DNA from: Desulfatiglandales bacterium
GTDB taxonomy: Bacteria > Desulfobacterota > DSM-4660 > Desulfatiglandales > Desulfatiglandaceae
Assembly: GCA_963666345.1 (NCBI GenBank)
Contig: OY762721.1
Location: 64,001 to 128,000, forward strand
Reading direction: 5' to 3'
Length of the DNA stretch: 64,000 bases
Positions 1 through 10,206 of this stretch are shown one piece after another. The notes below the pieces were generated by a model that was not told the DNA's origin, made no database searches, and saw nothing but the letters and a program-made list of their open reading frames with translations. How positions within the stretch are numbered: the first letter of the stretch is position 1; the number at the start of each line of letters is the position of its first letter. The position numbers and the translations under genes are program-made.

Positions 1-3000
1 TCATATGCATAAAGGACAATAGTTGTTTCGCCAGGTTCTTTAAATGTAAGGGATGTGTAAAGATTGTACGAAGAACCTGAAATGGACTGCTTGAAAAGCG
101 CGTCTTTATCTTTCTTGAGAAGAATACCCACACCCTTTAAAGAACTGTCAGGGTCGGTGATTTTTGCCTTTATCGTGACAGGTTCACCCGCTAGAACAAT
201 GTCAGGTGTCAGGCTCACATTGCTGATAACAGGCGGAGCGCTGATTGTCTTAAATCTCAATGATTGCGCTACGCTTATTCCCTGTTTGGAAGCGCCTGGT
301 GCGGTCGCCTGAATGCTGACCTTATAATCCGTATTTGCATTAAGGTTGTTGAGCTCAAGAGATGTCTTGGAAACATCTGATACAAACACATCTTCTTTTT
401 GGCTTTCTTGCCCTAACGGATGATAGGATATCTTATAAGCGCCAAATGCTGAATTTCCTTCGAAAAGATTCCATATTAACTTAGCACTTGATCGAGAAAC
501 AGCACTAATGTGAAAGTTGAACATATCCCCACCGAACATGGTGAACAGGTAAAAAGGAGACTCGGAAACATTGCTATATTGATCCCTCAGGCGGGTTTTG
601 ATTTTGTAGGTTCCTGGCACCGTATTGACAATGGTGTGAGTGAAACTGGTCGATCCTTGCGCGCTGGATGAATTTTGCCACGGTCTTGTCGTCGTTTGCC
701 CTTGTGGTGTTATGAATTCAATCTGTGAGCTGTTCGCCCCGTCATTTGTCGTGACTTTCGTTATGATTTGATGGTTTCCATAAATGTGCACGTTGCTTAT
801 TAAAGGAGCCTGGTTGTCTTCACTGCAGGTAAGGGCAACCGTTTCTGTTATTCCGCCGGTGACTTGAGTTGTTGCAGATGCAGAAGATATGTTGCTTGAT
901 GAGGAAGGGGTAATGTGAAAAGAAACATTAAAGGTTCCCTCATTTCCGAAGTCATGATTAAAGGTTGCTTTTCCCTGGTTGTTAGTATTCACGGTTCCCA
1001 CGGTACAATTTGACTTTTTGATTGTAACAGGTGCATTTTTAACCGGAGTTCCATAGTCGGTTTGAGCGGTTATATTTATGGTCGTAACGGCATTTGAAAG
1101 ACAAGCCGAGGGGGCTGAAAACAGACCGTAAGGTGAAATTGATGCGGCTATCGATTTTGTTCTGAAACCAGATTTTGAAATATCGAGCGTGTAAGTACCT
1201 GATTGAATGTTTTCAAACGTATAATGCCCTTGACTGTCTGTCTGGGTTGTCTTGTTTTTCCCGCATACAGAAATCTGAGCGCCTGAAACCGGACTTCCTG
1301 AGGTATTGTAAACGTAGCCTCCCGGGCTTGTCTTTTTTGTGGGGGATATGACATAGGGGCTGAGTAAACCTGTTGCACTTGAAGGGATTGTCATTACAGA
1401 GTCTGTTTTTAAATTCCAGATGGATTCGGTAACCGAGACGTCATATTGCTTCCCTTTCTCAAGTGTGATTTCAGGGGTAACTCCGTTGGAATTTGTAACG
1501 AGATTGAGGGGCACGGCTCCAGTACTTCTCTTTTTTACTGTAACAAGGGCGTCTTTAACCGTCTTACTTCCACATGCAACCTGGATGCGTCTTGAAGGAG
1601 GAATTGCCCCCTGTTTTGTCGAAATAGATCCTACATATCCCAGCCGGACTCCTGGGTTTTTCGTGGGGTCATTATCCTCGAATGTCCAGGATACGATTTG
1701 GTAGTAATATGTTGTACCTGGTTCAAGATCCCCTATGGAAATAGTATGGGTCTTTACCATCTCCCTTTCTCCAAGGGCACTGCCTATATATCCTACCGAA
1801 ACAGAACCTGTGTTCTTTTTGATAGCTGCCGTGTAATTATCCCCCACATCCGGAGCGACTCCAAGGAAGACTTCGGTTGAGGCCTTGTGGCTTGTATTCC
1901 ATGAAAAATTTAAACCCGTCTGAGTCGATCCGGCCTGCATGTCAGTCATGGAGTAGGTATTTTTAGAGCCACTAACCGATGTCAGGGTGGTTAATGAACG
2001 ACCCGCATCTTTTTTTGTCTTTGCAGTGACAGGAGGAGTGGTATCGTAGACATTTCCGCTGCTGTCAACGCACGCCATCTTGAAGGTGTAGGCCGTGTCT
2101 TTCGCAAGGCCTGCAAAAGGAACATTATGAGATGTCTTTAAATTCGATTCGGTCTTAGCGGCTATAAGTTGGGTTCCTTTGAAGACCTTGACCGTTCCCT
2201 TTAGCGGGATATTCGGGCTTGCCCATCGGGCCGTGGCAGAGGTTACACCCTTGCAGATATGATAGTCTAGGATGGCCGCATTAGATGCTTGTATAGGAAT
2301 ATTTAGTTTGAATTCGTTTTCACTATATGTTTTCTCGGTTTTTACGAAGTTGACCACCTTTGTGGTATTAATAAGATTTATATTAGGGGCAATAGAAATT
2401 CCCGCATCAAAATTAAGGACCTGTTTTATTCGGAACTCATATTCGATTTTATCGACCACAACATGAAGTTTATCGCTTTCGCTGATAAAGAGTGGAAGTG
2501 GGATGTCAAGGTGGAATAATTCGTTTCTCGATGTAAAACGCTTTGGATATGTGCCGCTCAATTTTCCAGGGACCCAGTATCTGAAGTGTACTATGAGCGC
2601 GGCATCGTCTATCCAGTACTGAGGATCACCTATGATGGACACGCTTCCAAGGGAGGCGAGTTTGTCTACCCCTTTTTCTATAAGATTCTTGGCGAATGCC
2701 TCGGCACCGGCGTTGTTAACATCCTTGAATAATTTTATGGCTGAAATAAGTGTGTTTCGTTTACTGCTAGGGATTTTACTGAAAATGTTGTTTACTGCCT
2801 GGGTTTTTTTTGTTTCACTTACAAAATCATTGACGCTTACACTTATAAGGGTCCTTGTATCTTTATATTTTTTGAGGGCCCCCACGGGAAGGGAATCGCT
2901 TGACGACATGTTGACTCCGATGTTGTCCTGAGCGCTTGCGATGCTATCTCCCACCTTGGGCACCAGTGCCACCAGTTCCCAAAAGTCAAGGGGCAGATCA

Positions 3001-3434
3001 AACCATGGGAGTATGTCCGGTATTCCCGCAATATTGAAAAATCCTGCCTGTAAATTGTTAGGCAGGTAAACGCCGAATGAGCTTTCGAATGTGTTGCTTG
3101 AGCCGCCTTTGGGATTAGCCTCCAGCGTGAGGCGTAATGTATTGCCCGCCTTAGCCTGGGAAGGGTTGTATGTGCACAAAAGTCTTACATCGTCATTGAC
3201 AGCGATGGTGCCTGTTGAAAACCGAATGCCCAGGTCATAACGAAAACCAGCGGTAACCAGCGGAAGCCATGGAGACCAGTAGGTTTTTGGAGTGGGTTTG
3301 CCATTGTAGTTCCATGAAATGGCGTTTGAAAAATCATGTGTGATTGTTGAAGCTGACGGCGAGGTTATTTTTAAGGAAAAAAAGGCAAGAAAAAAAACAA
3401 TGACAAAGATCAGAAAGAATTTCATACGTGCCAT
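1..3434 (-). CDS. Large secreted multidomain protein (fibronectin type III / Ig-like / carboxypeptidase-regulatory-like domains), 3' end runs off the window
   Basis: Manual translation from ATG 3434 (GAGG upstream) gives MARMKFFLIFVIVFFLAFFSLK (signal peptide). No stop was found in the stretches I translated and the frame is consistent down to base 3 (1144 codons). FN3-like motifs: LNFSWNTSHKASTEVFLG, DLEPGTTYYYQIVS, NNLNANTDYKVSIQA. Also YTFENIQSGTYTLDISKSGF. Absent from the ORF track because its stop lies outside the window. Confidence 0.85.
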   Translation of the reverse strand, partial: MARMKFFLIFVIVFFLAFFSLKITSPSASTITHDFSNAISWNYNGKPTPKTYWSPWLPLVTAGFRYDLGIRFSTGTIAVNDDVRLLCTYNPSQAKAGNTLRLTLEANPKGGSSNTFESSFGVYLPNNLQAGFFNIAGIPDILPWFDLPLDFWELVALVPKVGDSIASAQDNIGVNMSSSDSLPVGALKKYKDTRTLISVSVNDFVSETKKTQAVNNIFSKIPSSKRNTLISAIKLFKDVNNAGAEAFAKNLIEKGVDKLASLGSVSIIGDPQYWIDDAALIVHFRYWVPGKLSGTYPKRFTSRNELFHLDIPLPLFISESDKLHVVVDKIEYEFRIKQVLNFDAGISIAPNINLINTTKVVNFVKTEKTYSENEFKLNIPIQASNAAILDYHICKGVTSATARWASPNIPLKGTVKVFKGTQLIAAKTESNLKTSHNVPFAGLAKDTAYTFKMACVDSSGNVYDTTPPVTAKTKKDAGRSLTTLTSVSGSKNTYSMTDMQAGSTQTGLNFSWNTSHKASTEVFLGVAPDVGDNYTAAIKKNTGSVSVGYIGSALGEREMVKTHTISIGDLEPGTTYYYQIVSWTFEDNDPTKNPGVRLGYVGSISTKQGAIPPSRRIQVACGSKTVKDALVTVKKRSTGAVPLNLVTNSNGVTPEITLEKGKQYDVSVTESIWNLKTDSVMTIPSSATGLLSPYVISPTKKTSPGGYVYNTSGSPVSGAQISVCGKNKTTQTDSQGHYTFENIQSGTYTLDISKSGFRTKSIAASISPYGLFSAPSACLSNAVTTINITAQTDYGTPVKNAPVTIKKSNCTVGTVNTNNQGKATFNHDFGNEGTFNVSFHITPSSSSNISSASATTQVTGGITETVALTCSEDNQAPLISNVHIYGNHQIITKVTTNDGANSSQIEFITPQGQTTTRPWQNSSSAQGSTSFTHTIVNTVPGTYKIKTRLRDQYSNVSESPFYLFTMFGGDMFNFHISAVSRSSAKLIWNLFEGNSAFGAYKISYHPLGQESQKEDVFVSDVSKTSLELNNLNANTDYKVSIQATAPGASKQGISVAQSLRFKTISAPPVISNVSLTPDIVLAGEPVTIKAKITDPDSSLKGVGILLKKDKDALFKQSISGSSYNLYTSLTFKEPGETTIVLYAY

Positions 3435-3525
3435 ATGTATAACCTCTGTGAGGGTTAGTTTTTAACTCGAATCTCTTAACCCGTGAAGCCGTTTCTGTGG
3501 CTGGTAAGTCATGCTTGTTTCCCTG

Positions 3526-4038
3526 CTACATAAGGCGGTCTGATTTTCCTATCTTATAAGCTTTTACCTCTACCTTCTGTTTGACGGTATCCATTGAAAC
3601 GACAAGAGAATAGCCTTTTCTCAGAAAAGACATGAGGATTCTCTTGCGTCCCTGTGGTTTGGAGCCTAGACGGGGGCTCATTTTAAAGTGCAAGGCAAGA
3701 CAGGCCTTGTGAAGGTCCCTTGCATCCTGTTTGTCGAAGAGTTTGCGTACTATGTATCGCAGAATGACGATGCCGTCTTTTTCATGTTCGGCAAAACCTG
3801 TGTCCTCTGAGATAAATTTGACGTCGCCAAGCGTTTCTTTTAAAGGAGGCCTGATAAGCCTGTCTATTTCTTTTGCGACAAGGCTCGTTGGAACTTGATT
3901 CTCTAGACTGAAAAATTGAGGATTGTCCGAAATATGTTTTATCTCTGAGGCTCTTGGCTGGGTATGTGCGGGAATTAAGAAAATAAAAACAGGAAGAAAC
4001 AAGTGAAACATGAAAATCTTTTTAACGGTCTTTTTCAT
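3526..4038 (-). CDS. Hypothetical exported protein
   Basis: 170-aa ORF with a basic then hydrophobic N-terminus (signal-like); GGAG RBS upstream. Confidence 0.7.
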   Translation of the reverse strand: MKKTVKKIFMFHLFLPVFIFLIPAHTQPRASEIKHISDNPQFFSLENQVPTSLVAKEIDRLIRPPLKETLGDVKFISEDTGFAEHEKDGIVILRYIVRKLFDKQDARDLHKACLALHFKMSPRLGSKPQGRKRILMSFLRKGYSLVVSMDTVKQKVEVKAYKIGKSDRLM

Positions 4039-4111
4039 TTTCTCTCCTTCAATTTTCAGCTTCTTTTTATGTGCTCCTTTTCATAAGGGATGTTTCGGTA
4101 GCAATGGAGGA

Positions 4112-5683
4112 CTAGCAGCGCATACCCCGTTTTTTTATCCCCAGGTTTTTCTTTTCCAGGTTATAGGCCATCTCAACCCATTCGCACAGAAGTGATCTGG
4201 TGTCTCGCGGGTCTATGATATCTTCTATACCGAATGCCTCGGCCGTCCTGAATGGGGAGCAGATTGCACGGTATGAATCCAGAAGATCCTTGAGGTATGC
4301 ATCGGGGTCTTCGGCCGCCTCTATTTCCGCACGGTGTGCCGCGTAAACCCCTCCCTCAGCCGGGATGTTGCCCCATACGGCAGAAGGCCAGGCGTATCGC
4401 CAGCTGAGCCGCATGCCGCTTTTCTGGGCGCCTCCGGCAACGCCGAAACATTTTCTTAGATATACCACGGCCAGGGGCACGGTCGCCTGTACGAGCGCGA
4501 AACTTGCCCGCACACCTTTCCGTATGGTGCCCATCTCTTCACTCTTTTTACCGATCGTAAAACCCGGCTGATCAGGCAGATTCACCAGAGGCAGGTGAAA
4601 TGTGTCACACATGTCTATGAAGCGCTGAAATTTTTCGGCAACATCAAAGTCGAAAGAGCCTGCCATGAACCTGCAGTCATTGGCAAGAACCCCCACAGGA
4701 TAACCGTTTAGCCTTGCAAGCCCTGTTATCTGAGAACGGCCCTGGTATTTTCCGATCTCAAAGAAGGAGCCCTTATCCAGAATCATGTCGAGGATACGGC
4801 GGATATCATAGGTCTTTTTCCCGTCCTTGGGGATAATGCCGGTCAGTTCCTCCTCCTGTCGCCGAGGGTCGTCCTTTTCGGCGTCTTTTCGTTCCGGCAT
4901 CTCCCACACATTGGGTGGCAGATATGACAGGAAACGTTTGGCCTGGGCCAGGGCGTCCTCTTCGTCTTCAGCCTCGTTATCCACAACGCCTGTAAGGCGC
5001 GTGTGAAGTCTGTAGCCCCCAAGCTCCTCTTTTGTCATGTCTTGACCGAATGCCGCTTTTACAAGGGGAGGCCCCCCAACAAAAACATGGGCCTTTTCCT
5101 TGACCATGACCGAAAAGTGGCTTTGGACCATATACATGGCTCCTATTCCAGCAACCGAACCGAATCCAAGGGCCACAACAGGTATTTCAGAGAGGATTTC
5201 CACCCGGTTCTGGGTCGTTTCATCCCCGGAACTGGGAATTTCCGTGTAACCTATATCCAGTATCTCGCGGATTGATCCGCCGGCGCCTTCCAGAAGCCGG
5301 ATCATGGGCAAACGGAAGGTGCGGGCCATCTTAAGGAAATAGGCCCCCTTGCTCTTGTACATGCGACCGACCGAGGCCCCTTTTACCGTGAAGTCATCAC
5401 CGTGGATTGCCACCCTGCGCCCATCTACGAACCCCAGGCCCATGATGAAGGGGCATGGAATAACGTCCTTCAGCTTGGACTTGTCTGTGTCATCGTAGGT
5501 AGCCACTCCAGCCAGAACGCCCCGTTCACGAAAGGATTCCTTGTCACACAAGCAATCGATCCTCTCCCTGACGGTCATCTTGCCGTGCCGGTGCTGTTTT
5601 TCGACATTAGCCTCTCCGCCCATCTGGTAGGCGATCTTTTTTCTTTCCTCAAGTTCTTCCAGCTCTTGATCCCACATCCGCAT
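4112..5683 (-). CDS. Acyl-CoA carboxylase carboxyltransferase subunit (PccB/MccB-like)
   Basis: GKMTVRERID, DDFTVKGAS, GLARLNGYPVGVLAN, DQPGF, IDPRDTR motifs of the carboxyl_trans family. Confidence 0.9.
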   Translation of the reverse strand: MRMWDQELEELEERKKIAYQMGGEANVEKQHRHGKMTVRERIDCLCDKESFRERGVLAGVATYDDTDKSKLKDVIPCPFIMGLGFVDGRRVAIHGDDFTVKGASVGRMYKSKGAYFLKMARTFRLPMIRLLEGAGGSIREILDIGYTEIPSSGDETTQNRVEILSEIPVVALGFGSVAGIGAMYMVQSHFSVMVKEKAHVFVGGPPLVKAAFGQDMTKEELGGYRLHTRLTGVVDNEAEDEEDALAQAKRFLSYLPPNVWEMPERKDAEKDDPRRQEEELTGIIPKDGKKTYDIRRILDMILDKGSFFEIGKYQGRSQITGLARLNGYPVGVLANDCRFMAGSFDFDVAEKFQRFIDMCDTFHLPLVNLPDQPGFTIGKKSEEMGTIRKGVRASFALVQATVPLAVVYLRKCFGVAGGAQKSGMRLSWRYAWPSAVWGNIPAEGGVYAAHRAEIEAAEDPDAYLKDLLDSYRAICSPFRTAEAFGIEDIIDPRDTRSLLCEWVEMAYNLEKKNLGIKKRGMRC

Positions 5684-6158
5684 GTCTCCCTTTAAATAAG
5701 ATCTCCCCGTCCATATTGTATGTAAATTTCTGTTGCTGATGAATCTTTGATGGTGCAGTCCAAAGGTGGATAAATGCCGTTGTGTGTCCCGGAATAATTA
5801 TTTCTTGAATTTATGAGAGCGTGAGTTTTCCACCAGGAGACCTCAAGGCTCCACCCAATAGTTGCGGGGAATTATTTACGGTTATTGATAAGAACTTGTA
5901 TTTTATGAGATGAAGTATGAAAATTTTTTTGTTTTATGTCAATTAGAAAGGCAGATATCGGTTGGGTATGGCTGCACAACTCAGCTGATGATGTATGTTG
6001 TACAAATAAGGCTTTAGGCAGCATATCGGTAACGATAATTCAAGACGCACTGCGGCGCGGCATTAATCCTGGTGGGCTTCGTGATTGAATTACTTGTGGA
6101 GATGAAAATGATAATGTGAGTAGTAGTCTTAAACAGAATTCTGATATTTATTTTCACT

Positions 6159-6188
6159 TTGACATATAACATATAAAATCAGTATAAT
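6159..6188 (+). promoter_or_regulatory. Sigma70-type promoter
   Basis: TTGACA (6159-6164), 18-bp spacer, TATAAT (6183-6188). Confidence 0.7.
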
Positions 6189-6387
6189 AATATTTGATAT
6201 TTGAGCGAAGGAGGGTCTGCTGTTTTGCGGGGTAGATGCCTTTTATAATCCCAAGTCACAAAGTCTTCATGCACTTTTTTCCCCTCCTTCACACGGAAAG
6301 TGAAAATCCGGGGAACCTCCTTTAAGGAAAGGGGCCCGGTTAACACGATTCTATCCGCCTAAGTCTTCAATATAAAGAGAGAATGCC

Positions 6388-7092
6388 ATGAAATCCCTGA
6401 AACGAATGGTAATGTTTTTTGCTGCTCTGTGTATCCTTTCACCCTTCGGCAATTTTATCACCGCTTACGGGCAGGCCTCCTCCGTAAGCACTCTGGCAAT
6501 CCTGCCTTTCGACAATAACTCTGTCACTGACCCCGAACGCTACACCCCTTTGACGAACGGGCTTCCAGCCATGCTTATAACCGATATGAACAGGGAACAA
6601 AACCTTCTCAAGGTCATTGAAAGGGACAAAATCCGTTCTATTTTGGAGGAAATCGAATTCAATCAGACCGGCTTAGTGGACAGGGAAACCATGATTCGCG
6701 CCGGAAAATTGCTTGGCGCCCAGTCTATCGCATTCGGTTCCTTCATGGTAATGGGGGACATGGTCCGGATTGATGCTCGACTGGTAAAAACTGAAACCGG
6801 CGAGGTGCTCATGGCCGAGTCGACGAGCGGTAGCGCGAAACGCTTTCTTGATCTGGAAAAGGACCTCGTTCGAAAGATCGCACAAAATCTCGGGATCGCA
6901 CTTGAAACCGTTCAGACCGGAGGGAAAGAAAAAACGGGTTCCGATATCCAGGCGGCGCTTTTGTACTCCAAGGGTCTGGAGGCTATGGATAAGGGTGATA
7001 ACGATGAGGGACGGAAGTTTTTCAACCAATGTATCAAAGCGGACCCCTCATATCGGGAGCGCATTTCAGGTATCAAGGGTTTTCAGCAGTAA
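6388..7092 (+). CDS. Exported CsgG/FlgO/TolB-N-like protein with C-terminal TPR
   Basis: Signal peptide; LAILPFDN, KVIERDKIRSILEE, AGKLLGAQSIAFGSF, RIDARLVKTETGEVL; TPR-like helix at the C-terminus. Confidence 0.75.
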   Translation: MKSLKRMVMFFAALCILSPFGNFITAYGQASSVSTLAILPFDNNSVTDPERYTPLTNGLPAMLITDMNREQNLLKVIERDKIRSILEEIEFNQTGLVDRETMIRAGKLLGAQSIAFGSFMVMGDMVRIDARLVKTETGEVLMAESTSGSAKRFLDLEKDLVRKIAQNLGIALETVQTGGKEKTGSDIQAALLYSKGLEAMDKGDNDEGRKFFNQCIKADPSYRERISGIKGFQQ

Positions 7093-7198
7093 CCCGGTTC
7101 GGCGTATATTCGAGTTCGATTGCCCGTTGGGGAAGAATGATCCCAGCGAAACCATATTGATGTCAGGCAATTTAACACCGTTGGAAGGAGGAGAACTT

Positions 7199-8425
7199 AT
7201 GTTGAAAAGAATTTTCTCCGTATTGGTTGGTTTGTTCATGATTGTCTCGTTTTTTTCCGGGTGCGTGACTATGGTGGAAAGTGAGGTGTTGTTCTCCAAA
7301 GGAAAATACAATGAAGTTATACCGATCTACAAAAAGAGCCTTGTTGAAGACCCGGATAATATTATGTTCAGGTCCAAACTGGGTTTCGCGTATCTCAAAA
7401 CGGGTCGAATTGACGAAGCTGTAAGCGAACTGGAGACCGTCCAGAGGATCAAGCCGGGAGAAGCCTACTCCGCCCTCTATCTGGGTATGGCTTACCTGAA
7501 TAAAGGAGATCTCTCTGATGCCATAAGGATATGGAAGGGGTACAAAAATGATTCCGCACCCATCGTGGAAGCGGAAATCAAACGTCAGTTGACTCTTCTG
7601 CTGATTGCCGATTCTCAGCGTCAGGCAAAAAAGGCCCTGGACACGGAGAAAAAACTCAAGACCGTTAAACCGGATCGTTATACTGTAGCCGTTTGCTACT
7701 ACGATGATCTTTCACCGGACAAATCTCTGAGTGCATTTCAGAAGGGTCTTGCAGTCATGGTTATAACGGACATGTCCAAGATCAAGTCGCTGAAGGTTGT
7801 GGAGCGGATACGACTTCAGAGCCTGCTGGAAGAAATGCAGTTGGGTCAGACCGGAATAGTTGATGCAAGCACGGCGCCTCGAGTGGGGCGTCTTCTGGGA
7901 GCTGAAAATCTTGTCGTTGGAAACATCATGATCGGCAGTTATACTGCGACCACTTCTTTATCCTCAACAAGCGCAGGGGATGTTATGGGAACCGGGCAGG
8001 TTACCGTACCGCAGAATCAATTCTTTGAGTTGCCGAAAAGTATTGTAACGCAGGCCACCGACATAATGGGTGTGCCCCTGTCCGCCCAGGAAGAAGCTGC
8101 CTTGGCCGTAGCGCAGACAAAAAGCTTCGAGGCGGTAACATTTTTCGGACAGGCCCTTCAGGCCATGGATGCAGGCAACTATGGAAACGCCAAGGCACTT
8201 TTTGCCATGGCCCTGGCAGAGGACCCTAATTTTGTTGCAGCACAAGAAGGGCTTGCTTCCTGCCCTAGTTCCTCTGCTCCCTCAAAAGACGCGCTTGAAG
8301 ATATGAGCATGTCAGAGATTGCAGATTCGATTAGCGCAGCGGTTGAATCTGCGCAAGACTCACAGGGGCAAAGTGATTCTGAATCGGACAGTGAAGGCGG
8401 CGGCGGAGGCGGAGGCGGATATTAA
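7199..8425 (+). CDS. TPR-containing CsgG-family lipoprotein
   Basis: Start MLKRIFS after GGAGG; lipobox FFSGC; N-terminal TPRs; KVVERIRLQSLLEEMQLGQTG and VGRLLGAENLVVG; Ser/Gly-rich tail. Confidence 0.75.
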   Translation: MLKRIFSVLVGLFMIVSFFSGCVTMVESEVLFSKGKYNEVIPIYKKSLVEDPDNIMFRSKLGFAYLKTGRIDEAVSELETVQRIKPGEAYSALYLGMAYLNKGDLSDAIRIWKGYKNDSAPIVEAEIKRQLTLLLIADSQRQAKKALDTEKKLKTVKPDRYTVAVCYYDDLSPDKSLSAFQKGLAVMVITDMSKIKSLKVVERIRLQSLLEEMQLGQTGIVDASTAPRVGRLLGAENLVVGNIMIGSYTATTSLSSTSAGDVMGTGQVTVPQNQFFELPKSIVTQATDIMGVPLSAQEEAALAVAQTKSFEAVTFFGQALQAMDAGNYGNAKALFAMALAEDPNFVAAQEGLASCPSSSAPSKDALEDMSMSEIADSISAAVESAQDSQGQSDSESDSEGGGGGGGGY

Positions 8426-8544
8426 GTGGGCATCTGTTTGAAATTATTGTCCCCCAACTGGCTCGAAATCATCGTGAGAAATTGTCTGAGCCGCCTCCGG
8501 GGAATTTGTAAAATTTTAAAACTTTAACTGTTTTCAGGATATTG

Positions 8545-10206
8545 TCACTTCTCATTAAAGGTAATCCGACCGATAGTTTGCGCCGAACGATTGACAAATT
8601 CCGGAATGACCGCTGCCAATTGTGGACTGGCAAGCCGCGACAACAATACCGGCGGGCTGTCGTTACCATCAGCATCGATGTGGGTTAAAAATAGTTCGGA
8701 AAAGGGTGTGTTGACTTTGGAGGTAAACACCAGCCAGCGACTGTTGGGTGCCCAACTGTGCCAGGAGTTGAACAAAAGGGTATTACAACGCATCACCCGC
8801 GCTGGCCCGCCGCCGGCGGGCACCATCATCAGACGGCTGTCGGGCTGGGCCACCAATCCTGTTTTACACTGGGTAAATACAATCCAGCGACCGTCCGGAC
8901 TTACTCGGGGGAAATAATTGCTCATTTGATTATTGCTGGCGCCCGTTAATGGCTCAGCCGCTCCGCCAGCGCCATCATTGAAGGGTACCCGGTAAATATC
9001 GTATTGAATCCGGTAACGTTTGTTCAAGGTATGGATGTCCGTACCCGGCCGTACCTTTAACAGCCGTTTGGAACCGATGGCATTATGCAGGCCCTTATCC
9101 ACGGGCGCCCGGGCGAAATAGAGCGTTCGGCCGTCCGGGCTCCAAGCCGGGCTGGCCTGGACATAGTTGGGATCATCAGCGCCGGGTAACAGGTTGAACT
9201 TTTTGCTCTGGCGGTCATAAATGGCGATGCGGCCGGAAATAGGGAAAAAGAGCTGGGAAAAATCTAGACGATCCAGAATCGCCATGAATGGCTTTTCACC
9301 GACCGATGCAGCTACATAGCGGCCTTCGGGTGATATTTTCGCGAATAGCCCCATATTGGGTAGCTTTTCGATCACCGGCAAATCATTCCAGCTGATCACA
9401 TTCGATGGATCCATTTCCGGTTTTTGGTCAATGTCCGTCATCAAATAGCCGCCCTTATCGCCATGAAAATCCATGTCCAGACCAATTGTTTTACCATTAG
9501 CCGATACGCTATGGCAAAATGCACACTTGGGCATGTTTTTAATGACCGTACGCGGTTTTTGGTAACTGCAAAGATCGGCCAGACGCCATCGAAACTTTTT
9601 GGTGTTTTTAAATGCGTACTCAAACGGCAGGGGAATCTGCTGATATAACAGCGGCGCAACCACCTTATCCGGTGATATTGTAAACGAAAGATCGGCGTGT
9701 GAAACCACCTCTGCCGCTTCCTGTCCCAATCCCAAAACAGTCAGGCGTATTCCTCCTTTTTGGCCAAACACCTTTATGCGCTCCCATATTTCGCGTCCAG
9801 GCCGCCATTGAGTTACCCTGCTAATTACCCGGATACCATGGAAATGGGATTCAAAGTCGATTTTTATCAACCATTTGTTAACAGTCTTTGCCGTTTCCTT
9901 CCAAATAATATCGGGCGCTGCCAAATCAGCCGGAAATACGGACCCGTCAAAGGGATGTGTAATTTGCACCGATAGAGATGGTCGGCCCTGTTGTTCCGCC
10001 GCAAGGATAGTTTTTAATTGCCGCTGTAATGCCGACCGGTGATTCTCGAATAGGCCGAGTTTATGCCCTAAAATCAGATCGCCGGATTCGAGGTCCGGGG
10101 TTACGGTCATGGTGGTACAGGCCATTATCACAATAAGGCCCAACACAATCGATATATACAAAACAACTCGAGTAAGGTTCCGTGATTTCCGCCCGATTTC
10201 TTTCAT
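8545..10206 (-). CDS. TolB-like PD40/WD40 beta-propeller lipoprotein with a CxxCH motif
   Basis: Repeated SPAWSPDGR, FPRVSPDGRWIVF, WHSWAPNSRWLVFTS; lipobox-like IMAC; CAFCH. Start uncertain (10206 or 10236). Confidence 0.75.
   Translation of the reverse strand: MKEIGRKSRNLTRVVLYISIVLGLIVIMACTTMTVTPDLESGDLILGHKLGLFENHRSALQRQLKTILAAEQQGRPSLSVQITHPFDGSVFPADLAAPDIIWKETAKTVNKWLIKIDFESHFHGIRVISRVTQWRPGREIWERIKVFGQKGGIRLTVLGLGQEAAEVVSHADLSFTISPDKVVAPLLYQQIPLPFEYAFKNTKKFRWRLADLCSYQKPRTVIKNMPKCAFCHSVSANGKTIGLDMDFHGDKGGYLMTDIDQKPEMDPSNVISWNDLPVIEKLPNMGLFAKISPEGRYVAASVGEKPFMAILDRLDFSQLFFPISGRIAIYDRQSKKFNLLPGADDPNYVQASPAWSPDGRTLYFARAPVDKGLHNAIGSKRLLKVRPGTDIHTLNKRYRIQYDIYRVPFNDGAGGAAEPLTGASNNQMSNYFPRVSPDGRWIVFTQCKTGLVAQPDSRLMMVPAGGGPARVMRCNTLLFNSWHSWAPNSRWLVFTSKVNTPFSELFLTHIDADGNDSPPVLLSRLASPQLAAVIPEFVNRSAQTIGRITFNEK

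Noticed and set aside
64..3031. Seven short ORFs listed in the track
   Set aside because: Antisense or off-frame shadows of the long minus-strand CDS.
6848..7198. Extended N-terminus of the TPR/CsgG protein
   Set aside because: Overlaps the upstream gene; the signal peptide and RBS indicate a start at 7199.
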